Virus record (IMG/VR): IMGVR_UViG_3300029813_000075
Span: 9,554-73,553 of that record
DNA: 64,000 nucleotides
Direction: 5' to 3' (one strand)
Source: a virus
The notes beneath the pieces are model-generated. The model did not search any database and was not told the origin of the DNA. It saw nothing but the letters and a program-made list of their open reading frames with translations. Both the position numbers and the translations under genes were made by a program. Positions 1-9,236 of the stretch are shown here, one piece after another; position 1 is the first letter of the stretch; the number at the start of each line of letters is the position of its first letter.

Positions 1-419
1 TCCTTTGCAATCTGAGACGCTGTATCAACCATGATAATCCACTTTTTCAGTTCATTAGCAGGTCGATTGGCTACCTTGAGCAATTCAGAATGCAAGAACT
101 CAGCAAGTGCTATCTCTTGACCTGATTCAAAGCCTTGTTCATCGTACCATTTCCCAACCTCTCTGATCTTGTCCATCTGTTCTTCATTTGGGATATAGAC
201 GGTTCGCTTCTTAACATCAGGATAAGTGTCAAGTATTGCCTTCAAATTCTCAAACGGCTCAGTAAGAGCAATGAACAGTTTCAGGTCTGGAAACATCTGC
301 GCAATCCTTACTCCAAAGGTAGTCTTCCCAGCACCAACATTTCCATAGATTGCAAGTTTGATCTTCTCATCCATGTCCAATACTGGAGCTGCCTTAAGCA
401 TAGGTGATGTATCACTCAT
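1..419 (-). CDS. P-loop ATPase, Sak4/AAA_24 (RecA-fold)-like; 3' end runs off the window; absent from ORF track
   Basis: Manual translation from ATG at 419: MSDTSPMLKAAPVLDMDEKIKLAIYGNVGAGKTT...WIIMVDTASQIAK, open to base 1. Walker A GNVGAGKT and Walker B IIMVD. Confidence 0.75.
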   Translation of the reverse strand, partial: MSDTSPMLKAAPVLDMDEKIKLAIYGNVGAGKTTFGVRIAQMFPDLKLFIALTEPFENLKAILDTYPDVKKRTVYIPNEEQMDKIREVGKWYDEQGFESGQEIALAEFLHSELLKVANRPANELKKWIIMVDTASQIAK

Positions 420-448
420 TCATTCCACATCCATTGAAATAAAGGGGG

Positions 449-467
449 GGAGTAGTTTGCCTACTCC
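449..467 (-). terminator. Terminator-like hairpin overlapping the stop of ORF 461-2188
   Basis: GGAGTAG-tttgc-CTACTCC 7-bp stem, followed on the minus strand by CCCCCTTTATTT. Confidence 0.35.
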
Positions 468-2188
468 TTCTTGTCGCCATGTATTGCAGTGCATGACTTG
501 TAGTGATCGAACACATTGCCTTCTATAATCTCGCCACAGCCAGAGCATCGAGTTGGCCCGATATGTGCCATACTCTCAATTGGCCCTTCACCACTCTCAG
601 ACGCCGCCTTAGGCAAAGAGGTAGCTGCTGGATCAGCCTTCTCGCCAACAGGACTGTCACCCTTCTCCTTTCTCACTTGCTCTAATTGCTTCTTGATGAA
701 AGGCTTATGCTCATCCAGGATTTTCATCTTGGCATCACAGTAAGGCTTCATGATGAACAACTCAAGAGATTCTATCTCTTCAATCCCAGCAGATGCCGGA
801 TAGAGTTCTCGAGTCTCCATGATTGCCTGTCTGATTATCTGTGCCTTTGACTTCTCCCCCTCACTTACCGGAACAGAAGCAGGTACAACCACTGATGGGG
901 GAACAGTAACAGACTCAACAGCCTTAGGTGCAACATCTGAAGCAATTGCAGCAACATCTTCCTTGGCTTTGGAAGGGGTGGGCTGAGGCTCCGACTTTGG
1001 AGTTGTTGGTATAGTAGTGGTGATCTCCTGTCCAACGGCTCCTGATGTTAGTCCATCCACTTTTATAACAAGGGATGCTTCAAACTCGACCCAATTAATG
1101 TCCCGAGTATCATCAGGTGCAAATCTAGTGACTGCTCCTACGCACAGAACCTCAGTCCCTTTATATGTTGATGAGAGGTAATCCAATGGATCGTCTTCCT
1201 GCATGGCATCAGCAAATACTTCCTGCATTCCAACACCAAGATCAAAGACATGATTCCCAAACTTCTTATTCAGAAGTCGAAACTTGAGTTTGTTCACTGT
1301 CTTTTCAGCAGGATCCAATGGTGATACACTAGCTGCCAAAGTATAGATAGCAATGTCTGGATTGTTAAGTCTAGGCTGAATGAGAGGTTGGCCCTCAGCA
1401 GTGGGTTCCTTCTTAGCACGCATTCGTGCCTTACCAGTGTTGGGATCTATCACAGGCATTCCATCAGTATCAGTGATAGGAACCATTTCGCCTGTCGGTT
1501 GCCAATCTTCAATCGGTTTGAATCCGCCCATCCTACCATGAATGACAATAGGTTGCCACATATGAGAGTCTCGGTCTATGGAATCAAATGGAATTGCCTT
1601 TTTAATCAGCCTCTCAACAATGTCCTTACGATCAGCAGGCTCTTCATTTTCAATAAATGCAAATGTGAATCCTGTGTCTTTTTCTCCACTGCTGCGAGTG
1701 AACTCGGTCTCTTCGATCATTGCATTTATCTTATGCCAGAAGTGAAGCGGTTTTCTGCTGCCCTCTTCACCCGGGCCTATGTCCCAGACTGTAGCCTCAA
1801 TGATCTCATCAGTTTTATCTACCAAAAGTAATGATCTATGCCCACTGACTCGCAATGGGTCAAAGTTGTTCTTCTGGGTAAGGATATCACGAGACCCTAG
1901 ATAAACCACAACCATATCCTGCATACCCTCTTTCCTCTTCTCAGCCCGCACTGCACTCTTCAAGTAATTGACACAAATCTCAAGCGGATATTCTCTACGC
2001 TTGGAATGGTCAAGAACTGTCTTGACTACTGATCGTTTGGCAAAAGGAGCAAGGTCTTTACCCACTAGAATAGAAGTGATCTCGACAAGCTTGTCAAGGG
2101 GAATCTGCTTCAATGGTGTTGCAAAAGTGCCATCTTTCTTCCACTCGGCAAGAATCTCGGCACGCTTTTCAGAATTAATGTCTGACAT
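461..2188 (-). CDS. Putative ssDNA-binding (OB-fold/RPA-like) protein with C-terminal C2HC zinc finger
   Basis: 575 aa; beta-rich middle (IIEATVWD, VLCVGAV), Pro/Ala/Glu linker, CSGC-x10-HYKSC tail. Position between a recombinase-like ATPase and the primase/polymerase. SSB call is contextual. Confidence 0.45.
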   Translation of the reverse strand: MSDINSEKRAEILAEWKKDGTFATPLKQIPLDKLVEITSILVGKDLAPFAKRSVVKTVLDHSKRREYPLEICVNYLKSAVRAEKRKEGMQDMVVVYLGSRDILTQKNNFDPLRVSGHRSLLLVDKTDEIIEATVWDIGPGEEGSRKPLHFWHKINAMIEETEFTRSSGEKDTGFTFAFIENEEPADRKDIVERLIKKAIPFDSIDRDSHMWQPIVIHGRMGGFKPIEDWQPTGEMVPITDTDGMPVIDPNTGKARMRAKKEPTAEGQPLIQPRLNNPDIAIYTLAASVSPLDPAEKTVNKLKFRLLNKKFGNHVFDLGVGMQEVFADAMQEDDPLDYLSSTYKGTEVLCVGAVTRFAPDDTRDINWVEFEASLVIKVDGLTSGAVGQEITTTIPTTPKSEPQPTPSKAKEDVAAIASDVAPKAVESVTVPPSVVVPASVPVSEGEKSKAQIIRQAIMETRELYPASAGIEEIESLELFIMKPYCDAKMKILDEHKPFIKKQLEQVRKEKGDSPVGEKADPAATSLPKAASESGEGPIESMAHIGPTRCSGCGEIIEGNVFDHYKSCTAIHGDKKE

Positions 2189-2263
2189 TTGATTTTAACT
2201 CCTAGTTAACTCCTTGTTAACATAGTTTCAAGTTACAATTCCGAAGAACTGCACGGTCTATTG

Positions 2264-2278
2264 TTACGCATTCCGTAA
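2264..2278. promoter_or_regulatory. Palindromic site TTACG-N5-CGTAA, copy 1
   Basis: TTACG-cattc-CGTAA between divergent ORFs 2188(-) and 2282(+). Confidence 0.65.
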
Positions 2279-2281
2279 TAA

Positions 2282-5200
2282 ATGTTACGACACCCCCCGA
2301 ATAATATCATAGTACTTAATAGACAGCCAAGCACATCTAACAGTTGGTTGTGCTGTGGATTGGCAACGAAGAGCATCTTCAAAAAGATAGGTCGTATAAA
2401 CTACGATACTATCAAAGGTGCTGACGCCTATACCCTAGCACGACACGGATCTGATAGACCTGGACCTTGGTTCCAAATGGTTGAGGGCATCATTCCGTAT
2501 CGACCATTCCATAGAACAACCACAGGGCACGATCACACGTATTTTATTTTGGACTTCGATATTGACATTCTTGATCCGCGACCACATCTCCAGCACAACC
2601 CACTTCTTTTGCGAGATGTTAAGATCAGAATAGGAACCAAATTCGTAAAGTCATGGCTTGACCAACATCCTGACTACCAGTTCTTCGCCAAGATCTCAGG
2701 TTCAGGTGTTCACCTTATCCAAAGATACGAAAGTCGAATTGATCCTCAGCGCATGCAACCAGTGGTCAAGCATCTATTCCCTCAGTGTGATCATGCCCCC
2801 ACATTTCCCAAAGACACCAAAGAACAGCCACACCTTTGTGACGAGACCTGCGCTGGTTGGCACTATCCATTTAATTACAACGAAGATGAGAAGGAATGGA
2901 ACCCCAACCTCAAACAATGGACTAAAGTCCTCAAGGTTGCTGGCATGACAGTTAGAATCAACGTAGACCTCAAGATGTTTGAAAGAATACACATGATCAG
3001 GTGGACTTACAGCAAGAACATGAAACTGCCTGACCGATTCAACTTCGCAATACCCATTACAAATTGGGATCCCGATTGGATACTCAAGCACATGTATCAA
3101 CAGAATCTACAAATCCTTTCCTATAGTATTCCTTCATTCCAATTCGAGGGACTACTACTACCTGAGGCCGAGATCTATCGACTGTACACCCGTCAGAAAG
3201 ATGCCAACTATGAAAAGTCTGATTGGTATTTTGTTGAAGTGCCTGATGTTGATGATGATCTGACAGACCTGCAAAAATATACTATTGAAAAGATTGATGG
3301 GCTATTATCTGCTGATGAAACAGTAGTCCCCCCCTGCGTATCTGCTTGGTATTCCAGATGCAAGAAGGGGAAAATCTATTGGGGGCGATATCCCTGGATT
3401 AAGTGGCTTGCAAACAAAGGCTATACCCCAGAAGAGATTGCACTGGTAATCAGATTCAAGGTGAATGATGCAGTCGATAATTCCGATAACAACAAGCATA
3501 TACTGCTCGAGCAGTTACCTCAAGTATATGGATCCCGATACAAGCCGTACCTCATGATGGGCTGTGCCAAACTACAGTTTCATGGTGAACCCACTAGCAT
3601 GGATATTAAGATTGCAGATGAAGAAATGTGCAAGACCTGCAGGAGAACGTACCCTCTTCAAAACTACCCTGACAAAACATTAGCAGGCGAGAAAGATGTC
3701 GGCTTTGAAAAGATCAACAAGCAATGCATAGATATCCTGGATAGTTTTGGATCTAACAATGTGGTTGTACGAAAGGCAACCAGGGCAGGACTCACCACTA
3801 CTATGATTCCTGTGGCTAAAGCACTTGGCAAGAAATTGTTAGTAGTGGTGCCAACAAACAGAATTGGCCGAGAGACCTTCGTCAAAGCTGTTGCCATATC
3901 AAAGGAACAGTTCAATGTCGAAGTACATGGTGCTATGTTTGCAGCGAACAAAAATGCCTGTCTTGTGTTGACAATCCTCAATAAAGGACTCAATGAAAAG
4001 AGACGTACTGACCCTGACCCTGCCTGGAGTAATCCTCTTGCCTGGAATGCATTGCGATATCACTCAAAACCTGTATGTGCAAACTGTAAGTATCGAACCG
4101 AAGAGTTCCCTGTTCCAATCCTTAATAGTGGCATTCCAGTACCAATGATTGACTCTGAGATCACTATGTATCTTAACGGCACTCGAAATAGCGAAGGCAG
4201 CTGTGCCTACATCACTCTATACAAGCAAATCAAGCACCTAGATGTGGTGTTCATTACCTATTCCAAGTTGTTTGCTCTATTCTCAACAGATTCTGATGAT
4301 GCTTATCATTTCAGAGAAGAACTGTTAGAATGCTTTGACGTAATACTGTTGGATGAGGTCTCCCACCTGACAAATCATTCTGCATTGTCACTACATTTAC
4401 TGAGACGTAGCACGCCTCTACCTTCAGATCCTCAAAGCCTGAAACATACAGAATATTCAAAGAACATTCTCTTGGCCTTAGAAGATGAGATCAATCAGAT
4501 GCTGGACTACCGGGACAACAGCACCAGCCAACAGATAGAGACCTTTGTACGTAAGTTCGTTACCTTCTATGAACCTCTATTAGACGATCCTATCACCACT
4601 CAAAAGACCCAACGAGTCGACAATTTCCTTGAATCTGGTGACAGGATGAGAATCATGGAAAACTTCTCGGGTTATCATGAACTAATAGAACGCGCAGCCA
4701 TTGATCACAATATTAGTCTGCACAATATTGAAGGCGTATTATTCCTATTGAATGAACCACAATGGATGCTCAGTTCCATACCAACCAAGTTTCACCCGGT
4801 TGACATTACTCTGATTACAGAACCTGCTACCAGGCATGTAAAAAGATTCGTGCGTGAGTTTGATAGAATGTACAACAAGCAGGTCATTATCACCGATGCC
4901 ACCATGCCCTACGTTAACATGCCTGATTTCTTTCAGATCAACTTTGAAAACTATGAAGTTGGTGATCCTCGAGGCACTAACAAGACACAGCTTGTGATTG
5001 CAGACTCGAGAAACTTGAACATTATTGATCTATTCTTCAACAAGGAAAGAAGTGGGCCATTGCAAACGGATCTGGCTGGATACATCAAACGAATTGCCGA
5101 AGCTCACGATCCAAAGAACATTATGATTGTTGCAGCCAATAAAGCCACAGCTGCACTGATTAGACATTTCATGAGAGATGATAAGATACCACGAATGCAA

Positions 5201-5875
5201 GTGACATGGTATAGATCTGACCTCACTATCGGGGTTGAATCAGACAAGAGAATCATGATATGTATATGCCCGCCATACCCCCCCAAGGGATCTCATGATT
5301 GGCTTGCATTCTATTATCACCTTGATGCACTGCACCTCAATGAGTCAGTCAGATATCTTGGTGATCAACTCTCAAAGACAAGCGCCAAAATAGCATTCTA
5401 TCAGGCCATAGGTCGAGCAAAAGACCCTGTTGTACGAGAGAGATCGGTTGTCTATTGTTGGGGCATCTCTGGTGGTCGAACCAGAATTGAAAGACGTGGC
5501 TCACAGACCGTAATCGAGATGATGGACTTCCAAGACAATGTACCAACACCTTATGTGTTCACAACCTCTCATAGAGATGCCAGAAGTGACAACATAATCA
5601 AAATAGCAAAAACTTGGCTAAAGTCTGGAGTCATTATAGATCCTGTCATGGTTAGAATGGTAGGTCATGTGCGTGAGAGAGGGAAACTTAGCATCTCTCA
5701 AATAGGGAGAATAATGCACATGCCCATCAGCAGACTTGAGAAACATATGACCGCTGATAACCTGCCCATATTCAAATATCTTGGAGTTGAGGTATTTGAA
5801 GAATTTTCTCCCAAATCAACTATCAAAAAAAGGTGGATGTTAAGATATGTCGGAGATGGTATTAGTAGGACATGA
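2282..5875 (+). CDS. Primase-helicase fusion: AEP (PriS) + PriL-CTD-like Fe-S domain + XPD/DinG-like SF2 helicase + C-terminal HTH
   Basis: AEP motifs LDFDID, ISGSGVH, D..R..YS.N; PriL-like PPC...GC.KL...C..C..YPL; SF2 motifs VVVPT, CAY..DVVFITYSKL, LLDEVSH, ITDAT, QAIGR. Walker A reads TRAGLT. True start probably a little downstream of 2282. Confidence 0.8.
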   Translation: MLRHPPNNIIVLNRQPSTSNSWLCCGLATKSIFKKIGRINYDTIKGADAYTLARHGSDRPGPWFQMVEGIIPYRPFHRTTTGHDHTYFILDFDIDILDPRPHLQHNPLLLRDVKIRIGTKFVKSWLDQHPDYQFFAKISGSGVHLIQRYESRIDPQRMQPVVKHLFPQCDHAPTFPKDTKEQPHLCDETCAGWHYPFNYNEDEKEWNPNLKQWTKVLKVAGMTVRINVDLKMFERIHMIRWTYSKNMKLPDRFNFAIPITNWDPDWILKHMYQQNLQILSYSIPSFQFEGLLLPEAEIYRLYTRQKDANYEKSDWYFVEVPDVDDDLTDLQKYTIEKIDGLLSADETVVPPCVSAWYSRCKKGKIYWGRYPWIKWLANKGYTPEEIALVIRFKVNDAVDNSDNNKHILLEQLPQVYGSRYKPYLMMGCAKLQFHGEPTSMDIKIADEEMCKTCRRTYPLQNYPDKTLAGEKDVGFEKINKQCIDILDSFGSNNVVVRKATRAGLTTTMIPVAKALGKKLLVVVPTNRIGRETFVKAVAISKEQFNVEVHGAMFAANKNACLVLTILNKGLNEKRRTDPDPAWSNPLAWNALRYHSKPVCANCKYRTEEFPVPILNSGIPVPMIDSEITMYLNGTRNSEGSCAYITLYKQIKHLDVVFITYSKLFALFSTDSDDAYHFREELLECFDVILLDEVSHLTNHSALSLHLLRRSTPLPSDPQSLKHTEYSKNILLALEDEINQMLDYRDNSTSQQIETFVRKFVTFYEPLLDDPITTQKTQRVDNFLESGDRMRIMENFSGYHELIERAAIDHNISLHNIEGVLFLLNEPQWMLSSIPTKFHPVDITLITEPATRHVKRFVREFDRMYNKQVIITDATMPYVNMPDFFQINFENYEVGDPRGTNKTQLVIADSRNLNIIDLFFNKERSGPLQTDLAGYIKRIAEAHDPKNIMIVAANKATAALIRHFMRDDKIPRMQVTWYRSDLTIGVESDKRIMICICPPYPPKGSHDWLAFYYHLDALHLNESVRYLGDQLSKTSAKIAFYQAIGRAKDPVVRERSVVYCWGISGGRTRIERRGSQTVIEMMDFQDNVPTPYVFTTSHRDARSDNIIKIAKTWLKSGVIIDPVMVRMVGHVRERGKLSISQIGRIMHMPISRLEKHMTADNLPIFKYLGVEVFEEFSPKSTIKKRWMLRYVGDGISRT

Positions 5876-8513
5876 ATATAATCCAAAGACAGACAATCCA
5901 ATCTACTGGTTCATTGACCTAGACAAACAAGTCATAGTGAAGCACTACATTCCAAAGTCTGATTCGGATTCATGTTTCAAACAAAAGGGTCTCACTGAAG
6001 TAGAGATCAGAAGCACAATTGAAGCCAAGGGTGGTAAAGATATCATCAAAGGCATTGATTGGATAACTCAGTACGATGTGTTGAGCAAACAGGAAATAAC
6101 AGTTGCCAGAGTGAGGCTCAAGTCAGCCAAACTTGTGGGCAAGTACAGACTCGAGACTTCTAATGAAGCCAACATCAAGCGCCCATATCGACACTCGTTT
6201 GACAAAACTTGGCTATATGGTCTAAATTACGACTCAAAATTTAAGAGAATCATCACACCAATTAATACGAAATACGAAAAAATGCTCGAAGGCCATGATA
6301 AATTGATACGAGATCGTATGTTACAGTGGACATTCACACCTCTTCCTAAAATCAAAAGAATGGCCCTTGACATTGAGACCCTATCACATGGCAAAGTGAA
6401 GCCCGATGTGAAAGAGGCACAAGAGCCTGTAATCAGTTGCGCCTTTGCCTATTCAGATAACCAGCCTGGAGAAGTGATTGTACTTAGTGCCAATGCAAGA
6501 GGACTGAAATATGAGGCCAAGTCAATGCCCATGCTCACCGAATGGATAAAGGGGGGTCTCTTGAAGGTCATAATAGTCCACAGTGAACATGAACTTTTAG
6601 AACATGTGTTCCAAAGAATCAGAAAACCTGGATATCCTCTCATCTCTACATTCTACGGCCTTGGATTTGATATGCCATATCTGAGAAATAGAGCACTTGC
6701 ACTTGGATTCCCTGAACATGAGATACCAATCAAGGGATACTTACCAAAGTTCTCGCGTCATGAATGGACTATTGAAATCGAGAACAAGATCCATCTTGAT
6801 CTCAATGTACATCTCAATCTATCCGTTATCAAAAATTATGTCCACAAAAACAAATATCTTGAAACTTCATTGGACAAGGTATCTCATGCACTGATTGACA
6901 TGGGGAAATACGAAAGTGACACTCCAATCAGTGAAATGCCTCTTAGTGAACTGGTGTGGTATAACTTCTGGGATGCATACCTCACTCAGAGATTGACTGA
7001 ATTTAACAATGAGATTGTGCTCAAAATCATCTTTCTGTTCATGCGTATTGGCAGACAGTCATTCAAAGATGCAGCTCACAGAGCAATTAGCAGTAAAATC
7101 ATTAATCTGCTCTACGGCTACATGATTGAGAACAATATTCTAATACCAACACGCGAAGATCTCAGGATCTTTGGTACATTGGAATCAGAGTCACGAACAA
7201 ACAAGTCATTCGAGGGTGCAAAAATCCTTGCTACCATCATGGGTGTACATATTGAAACTGACGTTGTGGACTTTTCAAGCTTGTATCCTTCACAAAACGA
7301 CAACTACAACATATCCTTTGAGACCATGAACTGCGGTCATGAAGAGTGTAAAAATGCAATCCATAATCAGATTCCAGAATTAGACCATTATTCCTGCATT
7401 AAGTATAGAGGTATCATGCCCAAGTTGATAGGCTTAATCAAGGATATTCGACTCAAGATCTTCAAGCCTCTTGCCAAAGACCCTGAAATGTCAGCAGTTG
7501 AACAGGCACTCAAGGTCTACATTGTTGCTGCCTTTGGAGTCACAGGTGATAAGAAGTTCAACCTATACTGTCCACCTGCAGGCGAATCAACCACAGCACT
7601 AGGTAGGTACGCCCTTGATCGTCTGCAAGAGAAGGCCGAGTCATATCCTGGAGTGACAGTTATCTTTGGTGATACTGATTCAGTAGGTCTAGTGGGTGCC
7701 ACTCCTGAGATCATCAAGGAACTTGAAGAGTGGTCTCAACGAGTGCTAAACATCGAACTGACACATGAATATCATGCCCTAATCTTTGTCATAGCGGCCT
7801 CTAAATCCAAGAAAGATGAAGGTCTAAAAAAGAACTACTTCTATGTTGAGGAAGGCACCTACAAAGTAGTGGTCAAGGGTCTCGCAGGTAAGAAACGACA
7901 AACACCACCAATCATATCTCAATGCTTCTGGGACTGTCTCAATGGCATTGCTAACGCATTGAAAGACATTGGTGAGGGCATTCACTCACTTCCTAAAGAG
8001 GTAATTGTTGCTGGCGCACGAGAGATAGTAATTCAAATCGTGCGCGACTATTGGGTCAGGATATGGAACCGTAAGGGAACCATCAAGGACTATAGATACA
8101 GCGTGCAAAAGACAAAGACATTTGCTGAATACACAGCATCTACACCACAACACATCAAAGCTGCACTATCTCTTGCCAAATGGATAAAGTCAACTGCCGG
8201 AGATGCATACAGACATGTGCCACCCGAAGTATTGGTTCCCTACGGATCTTACATTGAGTTCGTCAAATCGGCAGCCAGTGACAAGAGAAAGACTCCCAAA
8301 GAACTCACATCAATCAAGAAACATGGCATTAAGATCAATCCAATGCCCATTGAGATGGCTACCATAGAAGATGTTTGTCCTGAGATATATCATTCATCCC
8401 TGCTTTCAACAATGGAACAGATCATGATCCCTCTTGGCATCGAGGAAAAGGATGTAGTCATTCACATGAACGATCCTTTTGGTAGCCAAACATCATTGGA
8501 ACAGTTCACTTAG
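5847..8513 (+). CDS. polB: Family B DNA polymerase, archaeal PolB1-like, with 3'-5' exonuclease and C-terminal PIP box
   Basis: ExoI LDIET, ExoII GFDMPYL, ExoIII YNFWDA; motif A DFSSLYPS, motif B QALK....AFG, motif C FGDTDS, KKNY; PolB1-type ETMNCGHEEC...HYSC insert; ends QTSLEQFT. Confidence 0.97.
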   Translation: MSEMVLVGHEYNPKTDNPIYWFIDLDKQVIVKHYIPKSDSDSCFKQKGLTEVEIRSTIEAKGGKDIIKGIDWITQYDVLSKQEITVARVRLKSAKLVGKYRLETSNEANIKRPYRHSFDKTWLYGLNYDSKFKRIITPINTKYEKMLEGHDKLIRDRMLQWTFTPLPKIKRMALDIETLSHGKVKPDVKEAQEPVISCAFAYSDNQPGEVIVLSANARGLKYEAKSMPMLTEWIKGGLLKVIIVHSEHELLEHVFQRIRKPGYPLISTFYGLGFDMPYLRNRALALGFPEHEIPIKGYLPKFSRHEWTIEIENKIHLDLNVHLNLSVIKNYVHKNKYLETSLDKVSHALIDMGKYESDTPISEMPLSELVWYNFWDAYLTQRLTEFNNEIVLKIIFLFMRIGRQSFKDAAHRAISSKIINLLYGYMIENNILIPTREDLRIFGTLESESRTNKSFEGAKILATIMGVHIETDVVDFSSLYPSQNDNYNISFETMNCGHEECKNAIHNQIPELDHYSCIKYRGIMPKLIGLIKDIRLKIFKPLAKDPEMSAVEQALKVYIVAAFGVTGDKKFNLYCPPAGESTTALGRYALDRLQEKAESYPGVTVIFGDTDSVGLVGATPEIIKELEEWSQRVLNIELTHEYHALIFVIAASKSKKDEGLKKNYFYVEEGTYKVVVKGLAGKKRQTPPIISQCFWDCLNGIANALKDIGEGIHSLPKEVIVAGAREIVIQIVRDYWVRIWNRKGTIKDYRYSVQKTKTFAEYTASTPQHIKAALSLAKWIKSTAGDAYRHVPPEVLVPYGSYIEFVKSAASDKRKTPKELTSIKKHGIKINPMPIEMATIEDVCPEIYHSSLLSTMEQIMIPLGIEEKDVVIHMNDPFGSQTSLEQFT

Positions 8514-8554
8514 AAGAAGGCGGGTTCCCTTTGGCTGGTTCCAAGCACATTTAC

Positions 8555-8768
8555 TCGGAGCCGACTCCGACACCTCAGGGATCCCATTGGTGGAGAGAGC
8601 CGTACGAACTCTCTCCGTTGTGTTTTTGGGCATTTGAAAGGAGGGTGCCTGGAGAAAGTTAGACACCCTCTTGGTGGAATGTCGAGATGGAGCAGTGGTG
8701 GAGTTTGGCAACAATGAGCGAAAGAATGTCGGAAGACGACAAAAAAACGCTCCACTGCATCCAATCTC
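8555..8768. ncRNA. Candidate structured RNA or ssDNA element with four stem-loops; strand unresolved
   Basis: Stems 8555-8570, 8592-8616, 8641-8670 and a nested stem 8684-8768 in a gap with no credible ORF. Confidence 0.45.
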
Positions 8769-8816
8769 TGACCCTATTATATCGTAATAAACTAATAAGT
8801 TCAACGGTTTTGCTCA

Positions 8817-9236
8817 TTATATTCTCGCATTTACTAAATATTGGGGATATTTGGCTCGAATAATAGCAACCATGTCCTTGACTCGATGATTGGCAGTCGC
8901 TTCTTTCAAGGACTGAATCTTCTCCATGATTTGTACATCCAAATCTTGTTGTTCTAAAAGATCTCTTCCTGAGTCGGCCAATTCAAAGAGATGGATATTA
9001 CCCGCCCTATAATGTTTCACATGGCCTTGGTCAATCAGAGAGTTGAATTGTTCTGCAACTACAGTGGAGTAAGGGCCAAACTGATAGGGGAAAAATTTGA
9101 AGTCGGCCTTCTCTTTGGCTATCTCTTTCGCAATCAAGAACAGTTGATGCACAACTTTGGTCTTGCCCTTAACGGGATCGCCTTGGAGCAGAGCCAAGAT
9201 ATAGGATTGGACTGTCATATACATCACCCATTGCAA
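8817..9236 (-). CDS. YwgA/DUF4065 (Panacea/SocA-like) winged-helix protein
   Basis: KGKTK...LFLI, FKFFPYQFGPYS signature, LIDQGHV...FELADSG. Confidence 0.65.
   Translation of the reverse strand: MQWVMYMTVQSYILALLQGDPVKGKTKVVHQLFLIAKEIAKEKADFKFFPYQFGPYSTVVAEQFNSLIDQGHVKHYRAGNIHLFELADSGRDLLEQQDLDVQIMEKIQSLKEATANHRVKDMVAIIRAKYPQYLVNARI

Noticed and set aside
8714-8753. SECIS-like hairpin (ATGA...A-rich loops)
   Set aside because: No 3' GA for the G-A quartet, and no in-frame TGA selenoprotein candidate nearby.
8493-8804. Track ORFs 8493-8804 and 8510-8764 as proteins
   Set aside because: They overlap each other in different frames, have atypical composition and no RBS, and coincide with the hairpin cluster.
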